From: Chara braunii
Taxonomy: Eukaryota > Plantae > Charophyceae
Reading direction: 5' to 3'
Assembly (NCBI GenBank): GCA_003427395.1
Contig: BFEA01000031.1
Coordinates: 163,097-227,096 of the forward strand
Length of the DNA stretch: 64,000 nt
The number at the start of each line of letters is the position of its first letter. Position 1 is the stretch's first letter. Shown here piece after piece: positions 10,960 through 23,349 of this stretch. Made by a program: the position numbers and the translations under genes. Below the pieces are notes generated by a model. It made no database searches. It was not told the DNA's origin and saw nothing but the letters and a program-made list of their open reading frames with translations.

Positions 10960-13320
10960 GTAGGTTTTAGTTTTTTTTTTTTTTTTTCCTTCTTGTCCGT
11001 TGGCAAAGCCAATGGTCTCTTCCTGTCGTGGCCTACCCACGACCTGTTGAAATGCAGACCCGGGTTCGAATCCACGGATTCGAAAAAAGAGAAAAAAAAA
11101 ATATATATATTATTATTATTATTATTATTATTATTTTACGCGTGTCATTCTTTGTGCAGGGCCATGCATATCTCTCTGCGCGGCTGTTCCGGACCGTGCG
11201 ATCTCACCGATCGCACGGTTGAAAACGGCCGCGTCCAAAAGGCTGGGCCGCTCCAAAAGGAGCTTTGCCCAGTAGGCCTACATGTCACGTTTGATCCCGG
11301 TATCTGCCAGGTGAGAGTTTGGCATTGTAACCTACTGGACTAGCTCCTATCACGACAGTGATAAGAGCAGCTTTTTTATATGAAGAGCTTGCCCAGCCAG
11401 TTAACCTCGTGCCGTGGCCTTGCAGGCTCTGCTTGCCCGTAGCCTTGCAGGACCAGCTTGCCTACGACTTTGCAGGCCTCGCGTGCTTGTGACCCTCCAT
11501 GCTCAGTTGGCCGCGTGGCCTCGACATCAGCCTTTCAACCCCCTCGCTCAGTGTCAACCCGCACGCGACTCGGGGAGTAAAACCCTTCTTCCTACGTCGC
11601 GGTCCTACCCCCAACGCACCCCTCTTTTTAGCCTACTTAGGCCCTGAATCGCGCGGCTGTCATTATTTTAGGTAGACTAGGTCTAACTTTAGTTTTTCCA
11701 TGACCGCAAACTACCGCGGCCTCGTCGAGAACCGCGGACGACATTGTCGACTCCCGCTGTCTTGAACGGATGTCGATGTCGTCACACGTCAACGACGTCC
11801 TATGTCAACGACGCCAGGCTTTAGGTCTCTCAGTTATGCGGTTGGTCTGAACAACTTTGGCAACGTCAATCTCATCAAGTCTTTCAATCCAAGAAAGAGT
11901 CGAGCAGTGTCTGACCTTGAAAAACTCGGGCTTTCTGTCCCGACATCGGTTCCCCCTGCTCGACTAGCGCTTGGGGAGGGGAGCCCCTCAGACACTGGGC
12001 CTATGCTTGTGCCCAGCAGATGTGTATGACTCCTTCAAGTTTATTGGCCACGTGGCATCTGCTGTTGGTGACGTGGCTCACCGAGACGCGTGGGCAGGGG
12101 TAGCGCCAGCTGTGAGAGAGACGAGGACATATATACGGGCGCAACTCTTTGGGAACGCGATGGAGCTGGTGGGGGAGTTGCAACATAGAGATATTCTTTT
12201 CTACACGGAAAACGACGTCTCGTATCCAGAGGATGGTGGGCTCGATGACGAAGACGTGGTCAGTTACTATGCTAACCTTTGTGCCGCATGCGTGGATTAG
12301 GAAGTAGATAGTAAGAGGGGCCGTGAAGGGGATGTGTGGGACAGGGATGAACATGAGGGGGGGCCTGGCGAATGGTGGGAGAACCTGATGGCGCTATCGG
12401 GGCAGAAACCCCGGTGTTTTAAATGTCGGACGATGTCCGACTTAGTAAAGGGTTATCCCGACTTCATAACTTGATGAGATGGGTTATCTACCAGAAGTTT
12501 ATTCAAACTCAACCTATGACTGAGAGACTAAAACTTATCGAACCTAAGACCTGGCGCGTGCGGCATCTGGAAGTGGCGACAAGAACTGGCGGCGTGGCCG
12601 GTCTTTTCCCATATTTGGTAAGGCCGCACGGATGTTTATACCTATTCTACCTAAAATAAGGATGCGCGGCTGCTAAGCCGCGCGATTCAGAGCCTAACAG
12701 GGCTAGAACGAGTAGACACGCCAAGTATAGGACCGTGCCAGAGGAGAGATGGGTCACCTATTTCTTTTGGGCTGCGTGATTTGACTCTGTTCAGGGCCTG
12801 AAGCCGGATACGTGGCTAAAAGGGTGCCTTACCAGGCTATCGGGCTAAGCCCCCACCTGTCGGATGGTGGGGCGCCGATTTGAATGGGTGAGGGAGGAGT
12901 AAGCCTGCCTAGGCCAAGATTCAGGCAGCCCACTGGGCCACAACCCTTCAAATAGAAGGGTTCTGGGTATAGCTCCCGCAATAGGAGCTAGCCCAGTAGG
13001 TTATAGTGCAGGAGTTCCACCCTGCAGACACTAAAATCGAATCAACTCCTTTTGGAGCTGGCCATTGTAGTTACTGTCAACGCGGTCGGATCTAGTCGTT
13101 TGATCGTGAAGATCGCGCGGCCCAAATCGGCCGCGCAGATCAGCATGGCCCCTGCGCGAAGATGACACGTATAAATTGTAAAATAAATAAAAAAAACAAT
13201 TTTTTTTTTTTATCGAATCCATAAGGATTCGAATTTGGGCCTGTATTTCAACAGTTTGTGGATGTTCCGTGAATGAGCAGGCATAAGCCAACAGTTAAAA
13301 AAAAAGGAACCTAAACTATG
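10960..13320. repeat. Long diverged inverted repeat (arms about 1 kb, spacer about 0.36 kb)
   Basis: Colinear reverse-complement matches: CTGTTGAAAT (11044/13245), TAGCTCCTAT (11341/12981), CTGAATCGCGCGGCT (11644/12674), TTATTTTAGGTAGA (11663/12646), ATCTCATCAAGT (11869/12469). Confidence 0.75.
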
Positions 13321-14217
13321 TGAAGCGCCACATGGCGCAGAATGAAGTGACTGGGGCACTGAAAACCCCAGTGCACTCGATGGCGCCCATGAAAACGGGC
13401 GACCGTTCCTTGTGGCTGCGAAGTCTTTATTTGTTCGGTCTAGCGTTCTTCTCGACGCGGCCCGAACTGATCTTGTATGATTAGATATAAGATGTATTGA
13501 TTTTATTTGTTTTGTCTCCAGAGATAATTGTAAAGGGACTAGGATCATTTTATGAATTTCACGTTTGGTTGAGACCGTCCTATTCGACCGACGTTCGTTT
13601 CGTACCTGGGAGATCAACGCCCTAGGGAACGGACAACGTTCGGGTCCACTTGACATTTAACCAGGCGTACCTATACTCCAACGAACGAGCAAACGCCCTC
13701 GGCTGACCTATCTCTACAGTTGCATTTAAAAGCTTCCGCATGTGGATCAATAGCTCGGTAGGTATACACCCCTAAAGAGTGGTGACAGCCCCTTAGGGAA
13801 GGCAAGTTTTGCCCCACGAGAACCGATCCTGTTGTAGGGGACCGTGGGATGTACTACTGGCGCACCTGGCCAGAGTGGCGAAGGAGTGATGCAACCACAT
13901 CCGTCTCGCCGCTTCGGGGGATTACCTATGCATTGTCCCAGGTTGTCTCTTTATAATGTTTTTGTTCAACTCCTGCGTGACATGGCCGGGAGGGCCCCCG
14001 CGCTTTGCAAAAAGACGGGAGTCGATGCGCTTGACAACGCTCTCTTGTCAGGTCGGAGCTTAGAATGCCAACGTTGACGGTGTCACTCACCTGCACCGGG
14101 GTAATGGAGAGCAGGCGGGTGAGTGGGAGGTGGCATAGGGGTTCATGGCAGAGGGGGTAGTTGTGATGGAGGAGAGGTAAGGAATGGGCGAGATCCGCGA
14201 GAAGGGTGGGAAGGTGG

Positions 14218-14375
14218 ACAACAACAACAATAACAACATCAACATCGACGGCGAGCAGCGAATGGGCGAAACGGGCGTGACGGGAGTGAAGGATGATAAC
14301 AACAACAACAACAACAACAACAACAACGACAGCGACAACAACGAGATGAAGGAGATGAGAGAGAACGATGTCATC

Positions 14376-14408
<33 letters not shown>

Positions 14409-14655
14409 AAAGACAGCGATGACAATGATATGGATGAGATGGTAGAGAACGATGACAACAACAACAATAACAGTGACAACAACAACGGCGGTGAGCAAGG
14501 ATTGGGCGAAATTGGCGAGGAGGGCGAGAAGGATGACAACAACAACAACAATGATGGTGAAAACAACAACAACGACAACATCAACAACAACAACAACAAC
14601 AACAACAACGGTCACAAGATCAACAACAATCACGATGACGGCGGTGACGATAACC
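14218..14655. repeat. (AAC)n-rich compound microsatellite / low-complexity tract
   Basis: Multiple AAC runs separated by short purine-rich spacers. Confidence 0.9.
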
Positions 14656-14898
14656 ACGGGAGCAGCGGGGCAGAGAGGGGTTGTTGTGCATCCAAACTCC
14701 TTATCTGCATCATGGAGAAGTTGTCGCCATCAACGCAGTGGGGGGGAATTAGTAGCATGTTGGGGCTGGTGAAGTGGGGTTTGTGGTTGAAGGTACTACT
14801 TACTCTTCCCCCCCACCCCTACCTGGTGTTTTCTCATCCTGATTCGTGTCTCCTTCTCTGGCATCGGGTGGGGATAGGATAGATGATCTCTCTGCGTT

Positions 14899-14952
14899 GA
14901 TTAGGGTTGATTAGGGTTTATTAGGGTTTATTAAGGTTGATTAGGGTTGATT
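14899..14952. repeat. 10-bp tandem repeat containing TTAGGG (telomere-like)
   Basis: (G/T)ATTAGGGTT x5, one copy with a mismatch. Confidence 0.7.
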
Positions 14953-15446
14953 GTCGCTCATCTCTCAACCCTCAACTCTTAATCATGAAAGGATTGTTGG
15001 TGATTACGTTTTTTATTTGCTAGTGAGTATATGTGCGATATGACATCTATTCACATCATTGAATAGGGATATATGATTCATGAGCAGAAGGTCAATCCTT
15101 CCCGTGCCTGGGGAAGTAATCAATGCCTCTGCTCTCTTCGGAGATGGAGGTGAGCCAAGAACATATATACAGACTGGTTGCACACATCATAGCATAGTGA
15201 TGCTGGACTCGGTTTCCAACTCACATACATTACATCAATTTTTGGGTTTCACTTCACATCTGTCTTAGGGTTCAATTTTTTGGCTTGATTGATAGGATTG
15301 ATAGAATTGGGCTTGATGTCTCGCTTTCTATGGTTATATGTTAGGTTAGGGGATAGGGTTTTGCCTTCAGGGGACATGTTTTATCGATGAAAGAATATAA
15401 ATAGATTGGACGATGGCATATATGGATTGATGTACATATTCCACAT

Positions 15447-16200
15447 GTCTTATGGTCTAGCCCTGGGTGCGGGCTCCGCGGGAGGATTAGCGACCAGCGC
15501 AATGCTCCTTCTAGGTCGTTAGAGATAAGGATGAGGTCAATCCTTGATTTTGACAGACGTGCCGGGTCTCTATCTCTTACGCATATGAAGTAACGCGCCT
15601 GAGGATGTAATTGGCGAAAGGAGTCGAAGATTGAAAGTGTTTCACAGAGTTCGGCTATCATTCGTTCATCTTCCATTGCGGCGAAGGAAGGGGATTCTTG
15701 GGCGTTCCATCTGTCCAAGGTCCTGTCGGGGGTAGCATTAAAGTCCCCTGCTATGACGAGGGGGATGCCTTCCGACACTTGTGCGGCCAGCTTCCCCAGA
15801 AATTCCCTTCGTTCACCAACGGTGCTGGGTGAGTAAATACAGAGTATGCATAGTAGCTCCAGTTCCAACATACCGAGGACCGATACCCACCATCCCTCTT
15901 CCTCATCTACGACCCAGTGAATTGGCTGAAATCTGGAGTCCGGAGGGACCCAGATTGCTACTCTTGTTGAACCTGGTCTAGGTGCGTGGGCTCGGAACGT
16001 TGTGTGAGGCCAAACCATCTTATGTGCTCTGTTACGCTCCGGGGTGTCTTGTAGGTGGGTTTCCTAGACGCAGGTGACGTCCGACCATCGTCTGCCTCCT
16101 ACTCCTCTAAGCTGGTCCCAGATAGCCTGACGCTTTTCAGGTTTGCTCGACGCAAGACCATTTACATTAATGGATCGTTGATCAAGGTCGGCCGAGTTAA
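15447..16200 (-). pseudogene. Apurinic-like endonuclease (APE) domain of the LINE, inverted segment
   Basis: Motifs LCIYSP, IAGDFNA, DSFRQLHP, SRIDLILIS, LDHK. Confidence 0.9.
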
Positions 16201-16559
16201 CGCATTTCTGCCATGCCGGTTCTTACGATATAATGTTTCTAAGTCATCCATTGTATCCCTTATTTACAGTGCGTGCCATGGCTTGTCGTCCCATCTGTCC
16301 AAGAGTAGAGTTCTCTTCCTCACCAGCTTACACAGACATCTACATATATCGCCCTCTGACCAATACTCGTTGGCTATGACTTTTGCACATTGAAGATCCA
16401 GCAGTGCATTGTGATTAAACCAACGTAAGTTGACTGTCTTGTTGGTTTCAAAACGCAGGAAGAGGTCGTTGTTGGCCATTTGATAGTCGCTGGTTCCAAG
16501 CAACCGCACTCCCGCTCTTGCGCCCGGGGGGTAGTGTGAGGGGATAAAGGTGCGCATTT

Positions 16560-19500
16560 GGAGGAAAAGGCTAGATCAGGGTCATGACTTTTATAAGCTA
16601 AACACATCCCTGCTTAAAGATCCAACCTTCACGCAGATGATCCATGGCGAATGGAACTTCTGGCGTCAACAGAAAAATATGTTCGACTCACACCTAACAG
16701 GGTTTAATAATGGTCTAATATATCTAGCAAAAAAGTGTAAGGATCTGTCCAAAGCCAAGACAACCCAACGACAACAGCAAGAGATGTATACCCATAAAGA
16801 ACTAATAACCCTGGAACAACAAGCAGATTCACAATCTCTCACCACCACTATCCACGATATTAAGGACCGCCTTTTACAATACGCATTACATAGATGGCAA
16901 GGAATCAGAATTTGGGGAAAGATGACCAAATTTGCTCAGGAAGCTACCATGGATACCCATTTCTTCTCCATGGCCACAGCGAGGGCTAAACGAACAGTCA
17001 TAGAAGCCCTTTTTGACCCAAACAACGATGAAATCATAGCTACTGCCACAACACACTGCACACTAATTACTAGGACCTTTTTCAAACAGCTATACACGTC
17101 CCAGATTCCAACCTCCCAAAAGGGACAGGGAACTGGAGGAGTTCTTAGCACCAATGGATCGGCACCTCTCCCCACAACAGCGAGAACAACCGGAGAAAAC
17201 CCTGTCAAAAAATGAAATATGGGCAGCACTCCTCCAAATGAAAGAGGAAAAAAAAACCGGCATAGACGGATTCCCTAAGGAATTTTGGGAGATCATGTGG
17301 CCAGAATTGAGCTCGGACCTATGGAAGTATTATCAGGAGGTGTGGAATGCCGGGGAAATTGGAGAAATTGTGGGTTAAGGGGTGCTATCGCTGCTATACA
17401 AAAAAGACGGCAAAATGAACATTAGGAATTATAGACCTATTACTCTACTCACAGTAGTCTATAAGATGGTGATCAAAGTGCTGGCACATTGTATGACATC
17501 TGTCCTGGAAGATGTCATACACCCGTCTCAGACAGGGTTCATGACCGGAAGGAATATACAAGAAAACATCTTACTAGTTAATGAGGTGGTCCAACTAGCC
17601 CAACGGAATAAAGCAAACGCGGCCATTATATTCATTGACTTCGAAAAAACATACGACCATGTTGACTGGGAATTTTTGGACAAATGCTTGGCACGAATGA
17701 ACTTTGGACCGATCTTTCGACGATGGGTTAGGATCCTTCATCATAATGCCACCACCTGTGTGCATGTCAATGGGTCGATAGCGCCCCCCTTCGAGCTTCA
17801 GAGGTCTGTGAGACAAGGGGATCCCATTGCGCCCTATCTTTTCTTGGTAATAATGGAAGCACTCTCGGCCAACCTCAGGCATAACAAGAACCTCTCTCGC
17901 ATGAAGATCACGAACATCCCGGAGGAGGCAGTACCGATCTGTTCCCTTTTTGCTGATGACCTCACCATAATGTTGGAAGCGACAGACCGTAATCTGGAAG
18001 AAATCCAAATTCTCATGAACCGGTTTTGTTGGCTCTCCGATATGGCAGTAAATTGGGGGCAGAAGACGGTAGGATGGTGGATGCACCAGCAAGGAGGAAG
18101 GCCTCCTGAAAACCCACGAATCACATGGCTCCCCCTGAAGACCCCTTGAGAGTTTTGGGAGCCCTCATTACAGCAAAAGGGAAGCCGGCAACCAACGATG
18201 ACTGGCTGACAGGACCGACAAACGCCAGACTAAAACAATGGAATAAAAAACACACATCGTTATTTGGGCGGGCCCTGGTCATTAATAATGTGGTTTTGGC
18301 CACACTTTGGTACAATTCGATTATATGGCCCATGAGCGACGGGGGGCTTAGGTCACTAAAACAGCAACTAGCAGCTTTCCTTTGGAGAGGGGACAATAAT
18401 ACCCCCACGCAATTAGTCGAGTAGCTTGGGACTCAGTGATCCAGCCCAAGACCAGAGGAGGGCTAGGAATTGTGGACCCGGCCACTCAATCCCAGACCCT
18501 TACATTTCGCTGGCTACAACACATTATCTTCTTTCCGTCCTCCACCTGACCCCCCCTGGCCTTGGCGCAAATCGCTGCCCTAGCACCTGAGGCCCCCCAG
18601 AAGACTGACCCCCTGGTATGGCTACAAGACAGATATTGGAGGCTTCCAAGGAAAGATAAGAATGGGAACCCCGCAAGCACACATTGGCTGCGTTTACTTC
18701 GCACATGGAGGAAGTTCCCGCCGCCCGACTGACCCAACCCGGATCGGTGGGAAGAAATCTTCAGACAACCGCTGTTTGGGAACCGATTGATTCCGGATGC
18801 CTTGGGCCAGGTAAGATGCAGCTCAAACGCCCCTTGGAAAGGTTGGGTTAAACATGGTGCTTGCAGGGTAGGGGATCTGTGGGACATAGAGGCAAGATGT
18901 TGGAAGAGCTCAGAAAGGATGAGGGCATGGCTACGCTACTGCCATCTCACGGAATCGGCGCTAAACGAACTCATTGAAAGTTTCCCTCTCCAATGGTATA
19001 GCATCCTTCGAAAAGGGCCTCAATTGAGAGAAGGAGATTGGGTTTGCCTACCCGATCACAAGGAAGAGATAGGACAAGTACACATTGTAGACCAATCACA
19101 GGCCCTAATTGAGATTTTCTCCGTCCAAAAGGATGACACTCTACGGGGCAGCCAGGATCCTTTTATCTGGAAGGACAGATCGAACATATATCGCATCAGA
19201 GTCCTGGACAACGGCAAAGGACGATGTGCCTACCGCCCTACAACCCCGATTGAGGACCTCCCCTTCGACCCCGACGAGTGGCATTGGTCCCAGGGAGCCA
19301 CGACTAGACAAGGGCCGACAAAACAACTAACACTTTACAACCTAAAAATCAAATCAGCCTATTGTATGCTCCGTCCCAAACGAAGACTGCGGGAGACGGT
19401 TGAGGACAAGTGGCATCGACATCTTAACGTGGACCGAGACTTGCTCAAGCCGATCCGTTGGTTCACTCAACTTAGGAATAAACCCGCTAAGATCTCGGCC

Positions 19501-20220
19501 CTTCAGTGGCAAATAGCACACCGATGCCTGCCTACAAACAACTGGTTGATAGATCACACTCGGTTGGAGCAGCAAGGTCGGGCGTTACCCTGNTGCCATA
19601 GTTGTCTCATGGGNNACCCGGGGAGGAAAAGGGNCGAAACAATTGAACATATCTTCCTCCAATGCCCANCTTCGGTTTTNCTCTGGAGGGNTTGGGACAG
19701 GATCTGGCGACANATTGTCCCCGNTGCAGAATGGCCATNGGANTGGAGGGCTATATTACTAGGTCATTACCCCCCGATTCGGGGAGACACATTCGAGGAG
19801 AACATGTTTCATTTGGGCAGGCGGGCGGTCCTGTGGGTCATCTGGTGGAAGCGTTGCATTTTGGAAATGGTAGGGGCAAGGGTTGAAGAAGGAGAAGTCA
19901 CAGAACAGTTACGCCTATTAGTCCAACATGAAATTGCTGCCCAGTGGAAGGCGGCCAGAGACAAACTTGACCAAATGAATTCCTGGTCTGACATCAACAA
20001 GATCATCTCCCGATTCAGTCAGGATTGGTTGGGAGGGGAAAGAAAAGGATGGGTGGCGGAGGTAAGATGGTCTGCGAATTGCCAGCAGGGAGGAGAGCTG
20101 CAAGAGGGACACCGGATGGAGATAGCAAGAGATTATCAGCTGATCTTCCATGAGTGGACAAACCTTGATCCCGGCGAGAGGTTACGCCCGGCTCAAGAAT
20201 TTGCAGACCCCTTCTTCTGA
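16560..20220 (+). pseudogene. LINE ORF2 RT and C-terminal zinc-binding region, disrupted
   Basis: Motifs NYRPITLL, IDFEKTYD, SVRQGDPIAPYLF, LFADD, and C..C...ETIEHIFLQCP. Stops and frameshifts are present. Confidence 0.93.
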
Positions 20221-21924
20221 GGTCCCCTACTCCTGCTTCCTTCTGTTCTCTTCTGATCTCTGCCTCCCTCTGTTCCTTCTCTGGTTCCGGTCCACTTTCT
20301 CTGATTATCCCTGTTTATCCCGGCTCATCTCTGTTCACCTCTGTCTATTCTGTCCCTTCCAATACAAGTCCAGTCTAATGGTTAGTAGAGCGACAGCAGC
20401 AGATGGATACACTGCAGGATTGGTTGGATGAACAGCACCGATATGCGGCGCTGGACCCGGTTTCCAGCATTGGCAATGTACTGCCTGTTTCAGCTTTTCG
20501 GTTACAAGTTCAGTCTAGTGGTCATTGGTAGGATGAACAGCACGGATATGGGACGCTGGACCCGGTTTCCAGCATAGGCAATGTACTGTCTGTCTCAGCC
20601 TTTCTGATAGTCCCAAATATAAAGAGGCGCCAGATGGATTGGATGAACAGCACAAATATGGGACGTTGGACCCGGTTTCCAGCATTGGCAAAAAAGACAT
20701 TGATCTGAACTCTCAGCACATGATCCTCAATATACAATAGACGCCACGGGGAAAGTAAAGGGTAGGCCGAGGCTGGGTGAAGGAGGGAAACTCCACTGGT
20801 GCTCCCCAGTGGCCTGCCACCCATTACCCTGACCTGGCCACAGGCTAGGAAGGAGGTTACAGTTTCAACATGGGACGCTGGACCCGCTTCCAGCACAGTG
20901 GTGTCCTTTTCAAATGGAACGATTTGTCAAGATGTATTCAAGGGATGCTGGACCCGGTTTCCAGCAGGTGATGCTCCCCACCAATAGATGGAGCTGGTTT
21001 CAAAAAAAAAAAAAAAAAAAAAAAAAGGATTGATGTACATATACAGACAGTTCTTGATTGTGGAACATAGCTACACACCACTGTATAGGGACGCTGGACC
21101 CGATCTCCAGCTCACACACACCACATCATTGTACAGGGATGCTGGACCCTATTTTCAGCTCACACACATCACACCATTGTACAGGGACACTGGACCCAAT
21201 TTCCAGCAGGTGCAGCTCCCCACCAATAGATGGAGCCTTCGACGCCGTGTGCCTACTTATCGGGGATGCTCTTATCACCGCGCTAAATAGGTTTCCCGTA
21301 TACGAAGTTTTACAAAAAAAAAAAAAAGTATATACAGGGAAACCCTGCAAGCATAGCTACCTCTCACAATAAAGGGGATTCATGTTGCCCGCTGCCGTAA
21401 TTGGCGGTGGTAGGGTCCTTGGCCTTGGCCTCCCTATCCGTCATACCACCCCCCTTCCCAACCCTTTTTGTTTATTTTTTCACCTTATAAAAAGTCCAGG
21501 TTGTTGTAGAGGCTCGATGCTAGACATGTGACAGTCACCCTCGGTAATCGGCCATTTGGTTATCTAGCCCACTTCCCTTCCTGCAGGGGACTGCCACACC
21601 TCGATAACCTTCCCCTCCTAGGTGTACCTTCATCTGAGCCCCCCCCTTCCCCCACATCCCCATTACCTGACCCCCCTACCCTGCTTAAGGATTGTCGGCC
21701 AAGTCTGGACCTCCCAAGGACGCATCAGGAGCAGTTGTAGACAGTGTGAGCACGGAGCCTACAGCACAGCGGACAGGCGAGGGATCAACAAACTTCAGAA
21801 AGATAGGGGCTTGGGAGTAGGAGAGGGCAAACTGGGTGCCAAGCTAACCCCTGTGCAGTAGCCGGGAGAAGGCAATATATATATATATATATTTTCCCCC
21901 TCTGATACAATGACCACTAGCCCC

Positions 21925-22460
21925 CACATGTTCTCTCGTGAACATGTTTCTGGCTGCTATGGGGTTCCCTGTATGCCTACAATTAGGAGTAGTGGTAGGT
22001 AGGTAGTGTGAGGTGAAATTGAGGAAAGAATATAACTTTCAAAAAAAAAAAAAAAGTTACAAACATTTTGCTGCACATATGAAGCTATTGGGACGCTGGA
22101 CCCGGTTTCCCGTAGGGGACGCTCCCCACCAATAGACAGGAGCCTCCACGTTCGACACCCACGTTAGGGGGATGCTCGTATCCCCCCCTAAAATGGGTGC
22201 CCCCTGGGGGAATCCAACCAACCAACCACAAAAAAACAAACAAAAAAAGTATCTTATATTATGAAGTTTCTTTTTATTATCTTTTGGAATCATCTGTTCA
22301 TTGGCCTGTCCAGATTCTACAGGTAATTTTTTTTATTTTTTTTTAAAAGCTACATTCTTCTCTCAATTTCACCTCACACTACCAACCTACCACTACTCCT
22401 AATTGTAGGCATGTGGGGAACCCTGTAGCAGCCAGAACTGTGTTCACGAGAGAACATGCG
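21925..22460. repeat. Inverted pair of an unclassified repeat (motif TTCACC.TCACA...CCACTACTCCTAA)
   Basis: 21925-22022 is the reverse complement of about 22363-22460. The same motif occurs at about 2250-2320 and 9527-9576. Confidence 0.7.
22090..22248 (+). mobile_element. Short retroposed LINE 3' tail
   Basis: GGGACGCTGGACCCGGTTTCC...GCTCCCCACCAATAGA motif followed by an A-rich end. Confidence 0.65.
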
Positions 22461-22570
22461 GGGGTGCTCCCGACCTGCAGGTGGGAGACACCGGCTAGGC
22501 GACAGCCAGTAGCATCAGGGACCATGCCAACAGGACCAATCCCTGTGCCTCCCCTCAGGTCCCAACTTGG

Positions 22571-22604
<34 letters not shown>

Positions 22605-23349
22605 ATTTCATGCATGGGTGAGTAAAACATGCAATCAGAGTCATACCCCGCACAATACAGTCATGCCACACACAAGATGCCACGCATAATGATCATGCCA
22701 CATACACTTTGAGACGCATCCGCATTCAACGACAGCATAAGCATATTGAGGTTGAGACAAGGTCGCAACCAACGACTGCTCGAGAATCCCTTCTCCTCAC
22801 CACCTTTCTCCTTCCCTGAACTACGCCTGCTTACCACTACCCCGCCGGGAAAACACCCGGAGCCCTGCCATCGAAAGAGGATGAGTGCGTCGACTCCATA
22901 TTATTTATAGCTATGGTACCTACTTCACACATACTATTGGACACTAGACTATGCTGACTCCTCACAGAGCAGGGTGGCTGTCAACGCCGAAACCGCGTCA
23001 CGGTTCCTCTCGAAGTTTGACAGAATCGTCGCGAAGAATCGGTCAGACAATGCGCGGAATTATTTTCGCAGAGTAAGAACCTGGACTGGAATCTGGGACC
23101 GAATTGTTGTATTCCGGTCGATACGGGTTAGCCACCCAGTAATTGCAGCCATCTTTGCTTCCGACAGGTCCAGGATTCGGAGTCTTGTCCTGTCCAGAAG
23201 GTGATCTCACCCGAGGTCCAAAGTGTCTCCTCATTTTTAGTTCTCTGAAAACACCCCAGATAGAGGTAACGCTGCTGCACCTGCAATTTACACCCAAGGA
23301 AGTTCCAGGACCCCGATTTCTCATCGGTCCTCTTCAGGGTCAGGGTCTT

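Larger units (their letters stand above)
15440..21026 (+). mobile_element. L1/Tx1-like LINE, 5'-truncated with a 5' inversion
   Basis: 16-bp TSD GGATTGATGTACATAT (15424-15439 and 21027-21042), poly(A) at 21002-21026, APE on the minus strand and RT on the plus strand. Confidence 0.92.
9577..21327 (+). mobile_element. Old outer non-LTR insertion (5' UTR and 3' tail retained, interior occupied by other repeats)
   Basis: TSD TATACAGGGAA at 9566-9576 and 21331-21341. Poly(A) ends at 21327. The 5' sequence resembles the 5' end of the LINE at 37777, and the rejoined flanks match the uninterrupted repeat at 2271-2315. Confidence 0.55.

Noticed and set aside
13926-14882. Poly-Asn, poly-Val and poly-Leu ORFs as genes
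   Set aside because: They are by-products of the AAC microsatellite and have no recognisable domain.
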